Below, piece after piece: positions 41,592-50,291 of a stretch of DNA of 64,000 nucleotides; the stretch's first letter is position 1; each line of letters begins with the position of its first letter. Where the stretch lies: positions 98,284 through 162,283 of the forward strand of contig JAGXBC010000001.1 of assembly GCA_018971305.1 (NCBI GenBank). The letters are read 5' to 3'. The notes beneath the pieces were generated by a model. It did no database searches. It saw nothing but the letters and a program-made list of their open reading frames with translations, and was not told the origin of the DNA. This DNA comes from Patescibacteria group bacterium (GTDB lineage: Bacteria > Patescibacteriota > Minisyncoccia > UBA6257 > 2-01-FULL-56-20). The position numbers and the translations under genes were made by a program.

Positions 41592-42200
41592 TCACTTGGT
41601 AATCTGATAATAGGTAACCAGGGATAAATTGTAATGATAGATAGGAATGGCCACTCCTTTGTCTGGAGGCGTCGGCTGGATACCCAAAGACTTCACGTCA
41701 AAAATTCTTATATTGGTTTCCAACATAGAAACAAATTTTTGGAAGTCGCTATACGAACCGCTGCCGGAGAGGTTTATATTAACCGATCCTACCGGTTTCT
41801 GCAGGGAGGACTGTGCTGATTTTTGGGCTGCCGGACCATACGCCGCGCCACCCGTGGAGCCAGAAGAAGAAAGACCTATAGAAGGTATTTCTATAGAACT
41901 GGCCTGAGTCAAACCATAAATTTGCACCAAGGCACCAGCCAAATCTTCTCCGTCGGGCAAGGCAGCAGAAACGACTTGCTGAACCTGACCCTGCCCTTGA
42001 TAAGCGCTTATCAAGGCTTGCACCTGCTGTATCGCATTTTTCTCAGAATTCAGGAATGCCTGCTTGCTTAGTTCGTCTGCTTTTATACTTTGGGCGTCTT
42101 GATATGCCGGCTGTATCAACTGAGAATAAATAACTATAGAAGCCACGAGAAAGAATAATCCCAGTATCAAACTTAGAAATCTTTTTGTTGGTTGTTTCAT
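41592..42200 (-). CDS. pilO: PilO-like pilus assembly protein.
   Basis: 202 aa with an N-terminal TM segment then coiled coil. Position between PilN and PilB. Confidence 0.5.
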   Translation of the reverse strand: MKQPTKRFLSLILGLFFLVASIVIYSQLIQPAYQDAQSIKADELSKQAFLNSEKNAIQQVQALISAYQGQGQVQQVVSAALPDGEDLAGALVQIYGLTQASSIEIPSIGLSSSGSTGGAAYGPAAQKSAQSSLQKPVGSVNINLSGSGSYSDFQKFVSMLETNIRIFDVKSLGIQPTPPDKGVAIPIYHYNLSLVTYYQITK

Positions 42201-42229
42201 TTTCCAATATTGATAGAGAACTTATAAGT

Positions 42230-42817
42230 TTATTTACCGGAAGAATTTACCGTGGAAGCGGAAAAGTACCCTCCGATAAATTTCAGGTCAACACTGAATT
42301 GCCAATTGTTGCCGCTACCGGAGACGCCATTGGTTTCCATACTTGTAAGTTCCGGCAAGGATTGGAAGATCGCCAATTGTTGTCCAACGTCCGCTACGGA
42401 CTTGGCTGTTCCCGATAAAGATACTTGACCCCCTTGTGAGTCTAGGCTGAAACTTGTCCAGTAAACATTGGTCTGGGTATTTTTACTAAGCCAGGAAAAG
42501 ATCCTGGAAGAGATAGTATGGTTGTCCAATAATTTTTTAAGGTTGGCTAACTGGGAATAGAATTGTATTATTTTCGCCTGCTGATCAAGTGGTATTTGCT
42601 GGCCAAAAGCTTGGATCTGGTCCTGTAATTGCTGAACCTGCGTATTCAAATAAGATTTATAGCCAAAAGCGAGTCCGAAATATATAAGCAGGCTAAAAAT
42701 AAAAACCGTGCTGGAAAACATTAAAAGCTGGCGAGACCAACCCGGGGTTTTGGGAGGCTCTCTGCCTATTTGCTCTAAAGCTTTTTGGGGTAGTGGCATG
42801 ATTATGGTAAATTTCAA
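42230..42817 (-). CDS. pilN: PilN-like pilus assembly protein.
   Basis: 195 aa with an N-terminal TM segment then a coiled coil (QVQQLQDQIQ). Directly downstream of pilM. Confidence 0.5.
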   Translation of the reverse strand: MKFTIIMPLPQKALEQIGREPPKTPGWSRQLLMFSSTVFIFSLLIYFGLAFGYKSYLNTQVQQLQDQIQAFGQQIPLDQQAKIIQFYSQLANLKKLLDNHTISSRIFSWLSKNTQTNVYWTSFSLDSQGGQVSLSGTAKSVADVGQQLAIFQSLPELTSMETNGVSGSGNNWQFSVDLKFIGGYFSASTVNSSGK

Positions 42818-42897
42818 TTTACATTTTTACAGTTCCCAGATGTCTCAAAAGGCAAATCGGGAATCGTTTAAAAATTGTAAATTAATGATCGGGGGAT

Positions 42898-43995
42898 TTA
42901 TGTGAACTCCCTAAGCGCTAATCCCAGTGCCACGCTCATTACTGGGCTTAACTCCGGAATTAATGGTTCAACGGCCAACGGATATTCAAATTTGGCAAAA
43001 GGGGCGGTTATGGCTATCGGTAATTTAAGCTCCTTTTCAAAATATTTTTCTATCCCCGGCAGGTTTGCTCCCCCGCCGGAAAGGATTATCCGCTCAGGAT
43101 TTGCAGCTTTGGGAAATTGGCCTCCGTATTTATAGAGTGCCTTTCTCACCTCATTAATTATAGCATCCAAAAAAGGCAACATTATTGTGGATAACTCGTA
43201 GTTTGGACCAGTTCCTATGACACCGCGTTCCTTCTTTAGCTCCTCGGCGCGCAAAGGGTTAATCCCCAAACTCACGGCTATAGCCTGCGTGAGAGACGAC
43301 CCGCCGAAATCATTCTGGGTAAAGAATTTAAGCTGGCCTTTTTCTAGAAATGTAATGCTTGTTGAGCGGCTGCCGATGTCTACTACCGCAGTAGGGGTCG
43401 GATCAACTCCCCCAAAAATCCTTGCCAGGCCCAGATTTTCAATTTCCAGGGCTTTAAGATGAAGTCCGGCAGCCTTAAAAATTTTCTGATACTTCTTTAT
43501 CTGTTCCTGCGGAACGGATATCAAAAGTATTTGGTTGTGATCAAAACCTTTATCGTCCCGATAATCCCCTACCTTCAGCCAATCCAGAGCGACTTCTGAT
43601 ATAGGCTGAGGTATATATTGCTTCGCTTCAAACACCAATGATTTTTCCAATTCACTTGGCTTCATAGCCGGAAAATCCAATACGGTCATAAAGGCTAAAA
43701 ATGGCGGCAGAGACGCAAGGGCTTCCGTAGTATCCGTCTTCATTTCCGCAACAACCATCTTTAAAAGATCAACAACTTCGTTATCAAAAAGTTTTAGCGA
43801 ACTTGTTTGTAGCGCCTGGTTAGCTCTCGCGAGATAACCGCTCGACTCCAAAATACCGTAATTAGTTATTTCCGGAGACTGCTTGCCCTGTTTTATGTCT
43901 GCTACCTTTATGGATGTAGTACCGATATCTACTGCCAAATAAGACGGGAAAACCTTCTGTTTAAAAAATTTAAAAAGGCCGAAGGGGTTGTTCAT
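42898..43995 (-). CDS. pilM: Type IV pilus assembly protein PilM (actin-like ATPase fold).
   Basis: 365 aa. N-terminus ...YLAVDIGTTSIKVA, an actin-fold phosphate-1 motif. First gene of the pil operon. Confidence 0.75.
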   Translation of the reverse strand: MNNPFGLFKFFKQKVFPSYLAVDIGTTSIKVADIKQGKQSPEITNYGILESSGYLARANQALQTSSLKLFDNEVVDLLKMVVAEMKTDTTEALASLPPFLAFMTVLDFPAMKPSELEKSLVFEAKQYIPQPISEVALDWLKVGDYRDDKGFDHNQILLISVPQEQIKKYQKIFKAAGLHLKALEIENLGLARIFGGVDPTPTAVVDIGSRSTSITFLEKGQLKFFTQNDFGGSSLTQAIAVSLGINPLRAEELKKERGVIGTGPNYELSTIMLPFLDAIINEVRKALYKYGGQFPKAANPERIILSGGGANLPGIEKYFEKELKLPIAITAPFAKFEYPLAVEPLIPELSPVMSVALGLALREFT

Positions 43996-44020
43996 TTCCC
44001 ATTAATTATACCACTATAAT

Positions 44021-44746
44021 TTGCCATTTGCCCCCGCTGCGCTTACATTATTGATAATGATCTTGGACGGACTTTTAGATATAATTTTCCCTTCGTATTG
44101 CGTGGGCTGCAATATTTATATTACCGGAGGAAAAACCATCTGTGAAAAATGTTTCGCGGGAATAAAAATAAACTCTGGGTTTTTTTGCGGCCGATGTTCT
44201 GCGCGCCTGCCCGTTGCGAAAAAAATCTGCCATCCAGACTTTCCCTATATTCTCGGTTCGGCCTCAAGTTATGATGACGAAAAAATAAAAAATCTTGTCC
44301 GTCTTTTGAAATTCAAATATATAAAAAAATCCGCCGAACCGCTTGCCGACCTGATTGTCCGTTATATTAGTGCAACAAACCTGGAAATAAAAAACTTTAC
44401 GGTGGTGCCGATTCCTCTTTCCAGGAAACGCCTGCGTGAGCGCGGATTCAACCAGGCGGAGTTAATAGCTGCGAAGATTGCCGAATATTTCGGACTTCCA
44501 TTGCGAACAGACATACTGCTCCGCCAGAAACACACGAAGCCGCAAAGTGAAACAAAAACATTGTATGAAAGAAAAAATAATGTTATCGGTTGCTTTGTTA
44601 TAAACAACTCCGAAAAACTCCTAAATGGAAACATATTACTGATAGACGACGTGACAACCTCTGGAGCGACACTACTCGCGGCAGCGGAAGCTCTGAAGCT
44701 CTGCGGCGCAAGAAAAATAATCGCGTTAACAGCGGCAAGGGCTTAA
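44021..44746 (+). CDS. comFC: ComF-family protein (competence, phosphoribosyltransferase domain, ComFC-like).
   Basis: The N-terminus has 4 Cys (CVGC...C..C). The C-terminus has a PRTase motif LLIDDVTTSGATL. Confidence 0.75.
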   Translation: MPFAPAALTLLIMILDGLLDIIFPSYCVGCNIYITGGKTICEKCFAGIKINSGFFCGRCSARLPVAKKICHPDFPYILGSASSYDDEKIKNLVRLLKFKYIKKSAEPLADLIVRYISATNLEIKNFTVVPIPLSRKRLRERGFNQAELIAAKIAEYFGLPLRTDILLRQKHTKPQSETKTLYERKNNVIGCFVINNSEKLLNGNILLIDDVTTSGATLLAAAEALKLCGARKIIALTAARA

Positions 44747-44806
44747 CCACCGGAGTAAACTTGGGGAAACTTTAAGAAATGGGGTGTTCGTGTTAAATTA
44801 TTAGCA

Positions 44807-45277
44807 ATGGCACAATTTGAAATAAAATGGACTGCTCCGGAATTCCCCTTCAGGGAAAAGGGGGTCTCTTGGTACTGGATTTCTATCATCGTGGCGGTAA
44901 TCATTCTCGGGATTTCTATTTGGCAGAAAAATTTCCTCTTCGGATTTTTTATTGTCATCGCCGAAATTCTTGTCCTGACCTGGGCTAATCGCGAACCGCA
45001 GCTCGTGGAATTCGTCATAAACGAGAAGGGTCTTTCCATCGGAGAAAATAAGTTTACCGCCTACACGACGATGGAGAGCTTCAGTGTAGAAGCAAATGCA
45101 GACAAAGAATGGCCCGATATATTCTTTCAATTTCATAGACGCCTTAGGCCGATTTTGAAAATAAGAGTTCCGCACGACCGTCTCACGGAAATCCAAAAAT
45201 CTTTAAAAGCCGTTTTACCGCAAACGGAGCACGAGACCTCTTTTCTTGACACATTAGAGGAACTTATAGGATTCTAA
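44807..45277 (+). CDS. Hypothetical membrane protein.
   Basis: 156 aa with two TM helices near the N-terminus. Confidence 0.4.
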   Translation: MAQFEIKWTAPEFPFREKGVSWYWISIIVAVIILGISIWQKNFLFGFFIVIAEILVLTWANREPQLVEFVINEKGLSIGENKFTAYTTMESFSVEANADKEWPDIFFQFHRRLRPILKIRVPHDRLTEIQKSLKAVLPQTEHETSFLDTLEELIGF

Positions 45278-45286
45278 TAAAGAACT

Positions 45287-45358
45287 GCCCTCGTCGTTCA
45301 ACGGATAGGACGCAAGATTGCGGATCTTGTAATCGAGGTTCGATTCCTCGCGGGGGCA
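45287..45358 (+). tRNA. tRNA-Arg (anticodon GCG).
   Basis: GCCCTCG-TC-GTTC-AACGGATA-GGAC-G-CAAGA-TTGCGGA-TCTTG-TAAT-CGAGG-TTCGATT-CCTCG-CGGGGGC-A. Accessory DNA begins directly downstream. Confidence 0.75.
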
Positions 45359-45451
45359 CAAGCTAGTGAGACCCCTCTCGATACCGAGAGGGGTCGGTGC
45401 GTTGCCCAGCCTAAAATTGACAGAGGAAAAGGAAAGTAGAATATTTAATGC

Positions 45452-45988
45452 ATGCCAATTGGAAGCTCCTCAATTTCTTTATGGGGGATAGCCTCGTCAA
45501 TATTTGATCTTTACTGGACCGGCGAACTTATCTGGGCCGTAGTTATAATTGGGATAGCGACAATTCTTGCCTTCCGAGCGATTTACAGAAAAGAACGGAG
45601 ATTTATAAAAAACATTTCAAAAAGGTTTACTATTTTCTCGCTAACTAGCGTCAGCCTAGATGCCGAACTCGACCTTGTTAAACGGAGCGGATTATTCAAT
45701 GCGCCGGGTAAGATAGAAACGGATCAGCGAATTTTCGATGGCCTTGATAGAAATCAAGGCCTGCTCGTTCTTGCAATCGATGAAAAAACCAATGAACAGA
45801 CGTTCGAGCAAATTTACAGGAAAATAGAGGCATTGCGGAAGCCGGTGATCATCTACACCGCGGGCAACAGACAAATCCCTTGGCTGACTAGCGATTTACA
45901 CGCCTATTCTTTTTATACGATCGCAACGAGCCCCCTGAGATTGATGAGTGACATTTTTACAATCCTTTCCACATTCCCCAATGATTGA
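45452..45988 (+). CDS. Small two-TM protein with a ~110-aa C-terminal alpha/beta domain. Candidate membrane effector or sensor of the adjacent nucleotidyltransferase pair.
   Basis: 178 aa. TM helices at SLWGIASSIFDLYW and LIWAVVIIGIATILAF. The C-terminus has beta-alpha-beta-like segments (LLVLAIDE..., PVIIYTAG...). Its stop overlaps the start of the next gene. Confidence 0.5.
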   Translation: MPIGSSSISLWGIASSIFDLYWTGELIWAVVIIGIATILAFRAIYRKERRFIKNISKRFTIFSLTSVSLDAELDLVKRSGLFNAPGKIETDQRIFDGLDRNQGLLVLAIDEKTNEQTFEQIYRKIEALRKPVIIYTAGNRQIPWLTSDLHAYSFYTIATSPLRLMSDIFTILSTFPND

Positions 45989-47285
45989 GGAACTCCTCTC
46001 GCAATATATAAAGAAAACACTCTCGCCAGAAAGGAAAGAAAGGGAGAATGTTTCTGCTCGATATGAACAACTGCAAAAAATTTTCGGCGACTCAGCCGAA
46101 ATTTTTCAAATTGGTTCATACGTAAGATTTACGGCTATAAAACCAATTCACGATCTGGATGTAGTTTGGGTTTTGCCAGACGAAGTTCGCATCAAGAAAG
46201 CTATTAACCCAGAGAATTTCACTGCTAGTGGTGTTTTAGAAGAGTTGGCTCAGCAACTTGAAAATGAATACAAGAAAATTGGGGAGCGGCCATCAATTGA
46301 AGCTCAAACCCATTCCGTGGTGATTCGCTTTGGGAAAAATCTTGATTTTTCAATTGATGTGGTGCCTGCATTTAAAACGAAAGAAAAAAACGAATTTGGT
46401 TCTTTCATATATCTAGTTCCAGAAGGCGATCCCGTGCGCTGGATAAAATCAGATCCGCTCGGATATATTGAGGTTGCCAAGAAGTTAAACGAGAAAAACA
46501 ATTCCTTCAGGAAGATAACGAAATTTGTAAAAGGCTGGGAAAAATCACGTAGGAAAAATTACCCACTTATCGAACTGAAATCCTTCCATCTGGAAAACAT
46601 CGTCTCCGATCTGCTGCAGAAAAATCCTGACCTCAATTGCTACGAAGGCATCAAGAAGTTTTATCAGTCGCTCAGCGCATACCTGATTCCCCAACTCAGA
46701 GATCGCGCGGATGGCACCCGTTTTATCGATGATTATCTAAAAGACATTGACGCCTTCGATAAAAGAGAAATTGCAGAGCTTGCGCTTTTAGCTCAGAGGA
46801 CAATCTCAGAAATCGAATCATCGAGCGAAAAAGAAGACGTAATAAAGCTCAGCGAACGATTGGCGGATGCCAGTGATTTCGGCGAAGAATTTATTCAAAA
46901 ACAGGGAATCGCTTTCGTGCATAAAAAAGATTTACTTAAGTTGAGAGTTGACGGTCGAGTTACCGGAGAGGAAAGGAAGAGAGGCTCTTTCCGTGAATAT
47001 CTATTAAAAAATGCGGAGAATAGAGTTCGTGGCTTGGGAAGAAAAATTCATTATTATCTTTCCAATCCCAGAAACATTCCAGACGGTGCAGTGCTAAAAT
47101 GGAAGGTTAAAAATAGAATTAGTGACTATGCCAAGGAACATCCTCGAGGCGAAATCAGCAATCATGCCACAAAAAATGATCCGGAAGTCACGGCGTTTCG
47201 CGGGCAGCACTATGTGGATTGTTATCTCGTGAAAGATAGTAAAGTTCTAGGAATCGGGAGGCAATATTTGATTATTGAACTTTAA
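45981..47285 (+). CDS. cGAS/DncV/OAS-like nucleotidyltransferase (CD-NTase-like), paralog A.
   Basis: Pol-beta NTase catalytic motifs IGSYVRFTAIKPIHDLDVVWVL (GS...[DE]h[DE]h) and, downstream, FSIDVVPAF as the third acidic residue. A ~45-aa helical N-terminus and a large C-terminal helical domain. ~434 aa from MIEELL. Confidence 0.6.
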   Translation: MIEELLSQYIKKTLSPERKERENVSARYEQLQKIFGDSAEIFQIGSYVRFTAIKPIHDLDVVWVLPDEVRIKKAINPENFTASGVLEELAQQLENEYKKIGERPSIEAQTHSVVIRFGKNLDFSIDVVPAFKTKEKNEFGSFIYLVPEGDPVRWIKSDPLGYIEVAKKLNEKNNSFRKITKFVKGWEKSRRKNYPLIELKSFHLENIVSDLLQKNPDLNCYEGIKKFYQSLSAYLIPQLRDRADGTRFIDDYLKDIDAFDKREIAELALLAQRTISEIESSSEKEDVIKLSERLADASDFGEEFIQKQGIAFVHKKDLLKLRVDGRVTGEERKRGSFREYLLKNAENRVRGLGRKIHYYLSNPRNIPDGAVLKWKVKNRISDYAKEHPRGEISNHATKNDPEVTAFRGQHYVDCYLVKDSKVLGIGRQYLIIEL

Positions 47286-47291
47286 ACCACC

Positions 47292-48071
47292 ATGACGCAG
47301 GATCAGTATTTCGATTCGATTCTTGCGCGACACAACCCAGTTCCGCTCGGATTTTTTGGATCGCCCCTAAACATCGCTATTGATGCCTTAACTAAAGAAG
47401 CCCGAGCTTGGGGCGGGCACCACATTTCCAATATCGGTCTTTCCGGGTCATATGCGAAAGGGACCGCCATTTCCGGCCAGTCGGACGTAGATTTATTTAT
47501 TTCACTACACCACAACGTGATACAAGGAAACGTCACGCTCAAAGACGTGTATGAAAGCCTCTACAATTATCTGAAAAAATATGGCGCTCAAAAGCAAAAT
47601 GTTTCTCTGCATATAAAACATGGGAATGTCGAAATCGATCTAGTGCCCGCGGTCAGGCAGAACGTTTTGAGCAGCGACCATTCTTTGTGGAGTAATCGAA
47701 AACAAACCTGGCTGAAAACAAATGTTCTGACCCACATCAATACCATCAAATCTTCTGGGAGAAATAAGGAAATCCGAGCCACTAAAATATGGCGAAAACT
47801 TCATGGCTTAGATTTCCCTTCCCTCTACCTTGAACTTTCGGTTATCGAAGCACTTTCCAATCAGTACATCTTTTCTTTCCCTTCGCCAGCCGATAATTTT
47901 CTTAAGGTACTGGACTATTTTCAAGGTTCGTTTTTAACAGCGAAAGTTGTTGATCCCGCAAACACCAATAATGCAATTTCCGACGATCTAACTTTTCAGG
48001 AAAAGCAGAGCATAGCTCGCCAGGCAAAAATTTCCAGATCGCAACCAAACTGGAGCGGAATTATTTGGTAG
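47292..48071 (+). CDS. Minimal cGAS/OAS/SMODS-like nucleotidyltransferase, paralog B.
   Basis: LSGSYAKGTAISGQSDVDLFISL and VEIDLVPAV. The motif spacing matches paralog A. 259 aa. Confidence 0.55.
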   Translation: MTQDQYFDSILARHNPVPLGFFGSPLNIAIDALTKEARAWGGHHISNIGLSGSYAKGTAISGQSDVDLFISLHHNVIQGNVTLKDVYESLYNYLKKYGAQKQNVSLHIKHGNVEIDLVPAVRQNVLSSDHSLWSNRKQTWLKTNVLTHINTIKSSGRNKEIRATKIWRKLHGLDFPSLYLELSVIEALSNQYIFSFPSPADNFLKVLDYFQGSFLTAKVVDPANTNNAISDDLTFQEKQSIARQAKISRSQPNWSGIIW

Positions 48072-48102
48072 ATGCCCGCTAGGCAGAAAGGTATATTCGT
48101 CG

Positions 48103-49452
48103 CTATGAATCCTTTGTTTTCGCGAGCGTCAGTTCTTTATCCTTCAACACGAGTTTGCTCTTCAGTGATTCCAAAATCTCACGTTTCTCAATAAGCGTCC
48201 CGGATTTTAGGATATGCTTCGCGTATGCCCGCAGGTTGAATTCTTGATCTTTCGTCTCATCCTCTTCTTCGCGGATACCCAGGATGTTTTTATTGAAGCT
48301 CCGGTGCCGCTCGATCTCATCCCGCAGTTTCTCCTTGATTGCAAGCTCGTTCAGGTCAATCGTATCCATAATGTCGACGAGCTGATGGAGCACGCCATCT
48401 TCCTTGATGTAGGTGTTCTTGCAGTGCCGATCTTTGCTCCGCGAGCAGAGATAATAGACGTGGCGATTCGTGCCGCCGCCCTTGAGCTTCTTGAATTTCT
48501 CCATGGCAGTGATGCCCGATCCACAGGGACCACACGATATCAGATTGGTGAATGCCCACTCCTTTGCTTCACCACGCACATATTTATCCCGTGTGACGCG
48601 CTCGCGCGTTTTCTCGAAGAGTTCTCTTGTAATGAGGGCCTTATGCTGCCCGGTATACCAGTTGCCGCTCTTTCTCGGATATTCGAAGATGCCGTAGTAA
48701 AAAGTGTTTTCAAGGATAGTATAAATATTTCCTATTGAGAGATACTTGCCGTTTTTCGTTTTGAAATTTAGATCGAATCTGAGCCAATGGTAGAGCTTCA
48801 CGCCCGACCATTGTTCGTTCCCGATCTTCTCGAACATCTGCCGGATGACAGGAGCTCGTTCCGGATCGACGAGCAGCTGACACTTCCGATCCAGGCGCTT
48901 TTCCGACAAGTATCCTGTTGGCGTCGATGACGGCCATAGCCCCATCTCACAGCGCGTCCGCAGTCCTCGTTTCACATTTTCCGATTTGTTGTCGTTTTCG
49001 AGTTTCGCTTGGGAGCAAAGGATCATCAACAGGAATTTCTCGTTCGGCGAATTCTTGAAATTCTGCGTGTACGTCCTTATCTCTATGAGAAGCTTCTGAT
49101 CCATAAGGTCAACCAAGCTGCCGAGATCTCCAGCGTTTCTGCTTAACCGATCTGCTGCCCACGTGAGGATGCCCGTGTACCTTCCGCTCCGTAGGTCACG
49201 GATGATGTCGTTGAACACGGGGCGGGTGCCCGAGTCTTTCGCCGAGTGGGCCTCGCGCCGGATGTCCACGATCTCGAGCGTATCCCGTTCGGCGATCCGC
49301 AACATCTCCTTTACCTGTGAATCGATAGAAAGGGCTTGCTTCTCATCCTGTTCGGTTGATTTCCTCGCGTAGAGCACGTATTTGACCTTTTCCGGCTGCT
49401 GGACGCTCGTGGGGGCCCCAGCTGCCATCAGCCCCATGGTTTGGTTGGTCAT
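48103..49452 (-). CDS. Large serine recombinase (integrase).
   Basis: 449 aa. N-terminal resolvase catalytic domain (YARKSTEQDEKQALSIDSQ with the Ser nucleophile, LTWAADRLSRN), a recombinase domain, and a zinc-ribbon C-x2-C...C-x2-C region. Confidence 0.8.
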   Translation of the reverse strand: MTNQTMGLMAAGAPTSVQQPEKVKYVLYARKSTEQDEKQALSIDSQVKEMLRIAERDTLEIVDIRREAHSAKDSGTRPVFNDIIRDLRSGRYTGILTWAADRLSRNAGDLGSLVDLMDQKLLIEIRTYTQNFKNSPNEKFLLMILCSQAKLENDNKSENVKRGLRTRCEMGLWPSSTPTGYLSEKRLDRKCQLLVDPERAPVIRQMFEKIGNEQWSGVKLYHWLRFDLNFKTKNGKYLSIGNIYTILENTFYYGIFEYPRKSGNWYTGQHKALITRELFEKTRERVTRDKYVRGEAKEWAFTNLISCGPCGSGITAMEKFKKLKGGGTNRHVYYLCSRSKDRHCKNTYIKEDGVLHQLVDIMDTIDLNELAIKEKLRDEIERHRSFNKNILGIREEEDETKDQEFNLRAYAKHILKSGTLIEKREILESLKSKLVLKDKELTLAKTKDS

Positions 49453-49574
49453 ACCCTAAGGGATGACGCGATCTCCCTAGAAAGTCCAGACCTTCAAAGG
49501 CCGCCGAAACGCTCGTTTAATGCTTCCCCAGATTGTGCCACTCTCGCTATTAGCCGGGAGGTGGATTAAAATCG

Positions 49575-50291
49575 TTAGACCATTTTTTGCATTAGCAATT
49601 GTGTCGCAATGTTGAAATATAAATATTCCTCCTTGGATAGTGCTTCGTTGTGCTGAATCCTATTACGATACTCTGCTAATTCCGCAAGTTTTCCGGCAAT
49701 CACAAATGTGCTAGGAAATCTACCTCTAAACAAATCACGATTATTCTTGTCGCCCATAATATGGGAGAAATCTTTAATTCCTGCCGCTGAAAAAAGCTCT
49801 TCTGGGTGGCCACCTGGCTTCCACGAAGCATGCCTCGATTTCCAATATTGCGTTTTAAGTATTTCGTATGTCGTTTCATCCAGATGCTTCTCCCAACTAC
49901 TGCCGTAGACATCTTCAAAAACATCGGCGTACAATTTTCTCAACGCTTCTTCGAGTAATCGAATGTTCTTTCTTGCGGTAGTCAACCTTGTTAGCTCAAA
50001 AGGATCTATCTGTATAGCAGCCTTTTTTCGCAAGACAATCGGTTCGTCTCCAGGTAGCCTTTTCCCCCAAAAGACATCGCCATCTTCATCAATCTCCTTT
50101 TTTAAGACACCCTTTCGATACATAGATTTCAAAGCGATAAGCACAGCGCCCTTCTTCTTATCTCCGGCCTTCGCTATGCCATGTTTTTTCCTCGCAATGG
50201 CAGAGAGGAGGGTTTCTTGAGAAACCCATTCCTTATCAAACATCTCTATCTTAATCAATTCTTGATAGTTAGTAGCCATTATACGGTCCAC
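49575..50291 (-). CDS. HEPN-domain protein (Swt1/Abi-like).
   Basis: 238 aa with a C-terminal R-x4-H motif (RNRIQHNE), the HEPN RNase signature. It overlaps the upstream gene by 13 nt. Confidence 0.5.
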   Translation of the reverse strand: MDRIMATNYQELIKIEMFDKEWVSQETLLSAIARKKHGIAKAGDKKKGAVLIALKSMYRKGVLKKEIDEDGDVFWGKRLPGDEPIVLRKKAAIQIDPFELTRLTTARKNIRLLEEALRKLYADVFEDVYGSSWEKHLDETTYEILKTQYWKSRHASWKPGGHPEELFSAAGIKDFSHIMGDKNNRDLFRGRFPSTFVIAGKLAELAEYRNRIQHNEALSKEEYLYFNIATQLLMQKMV

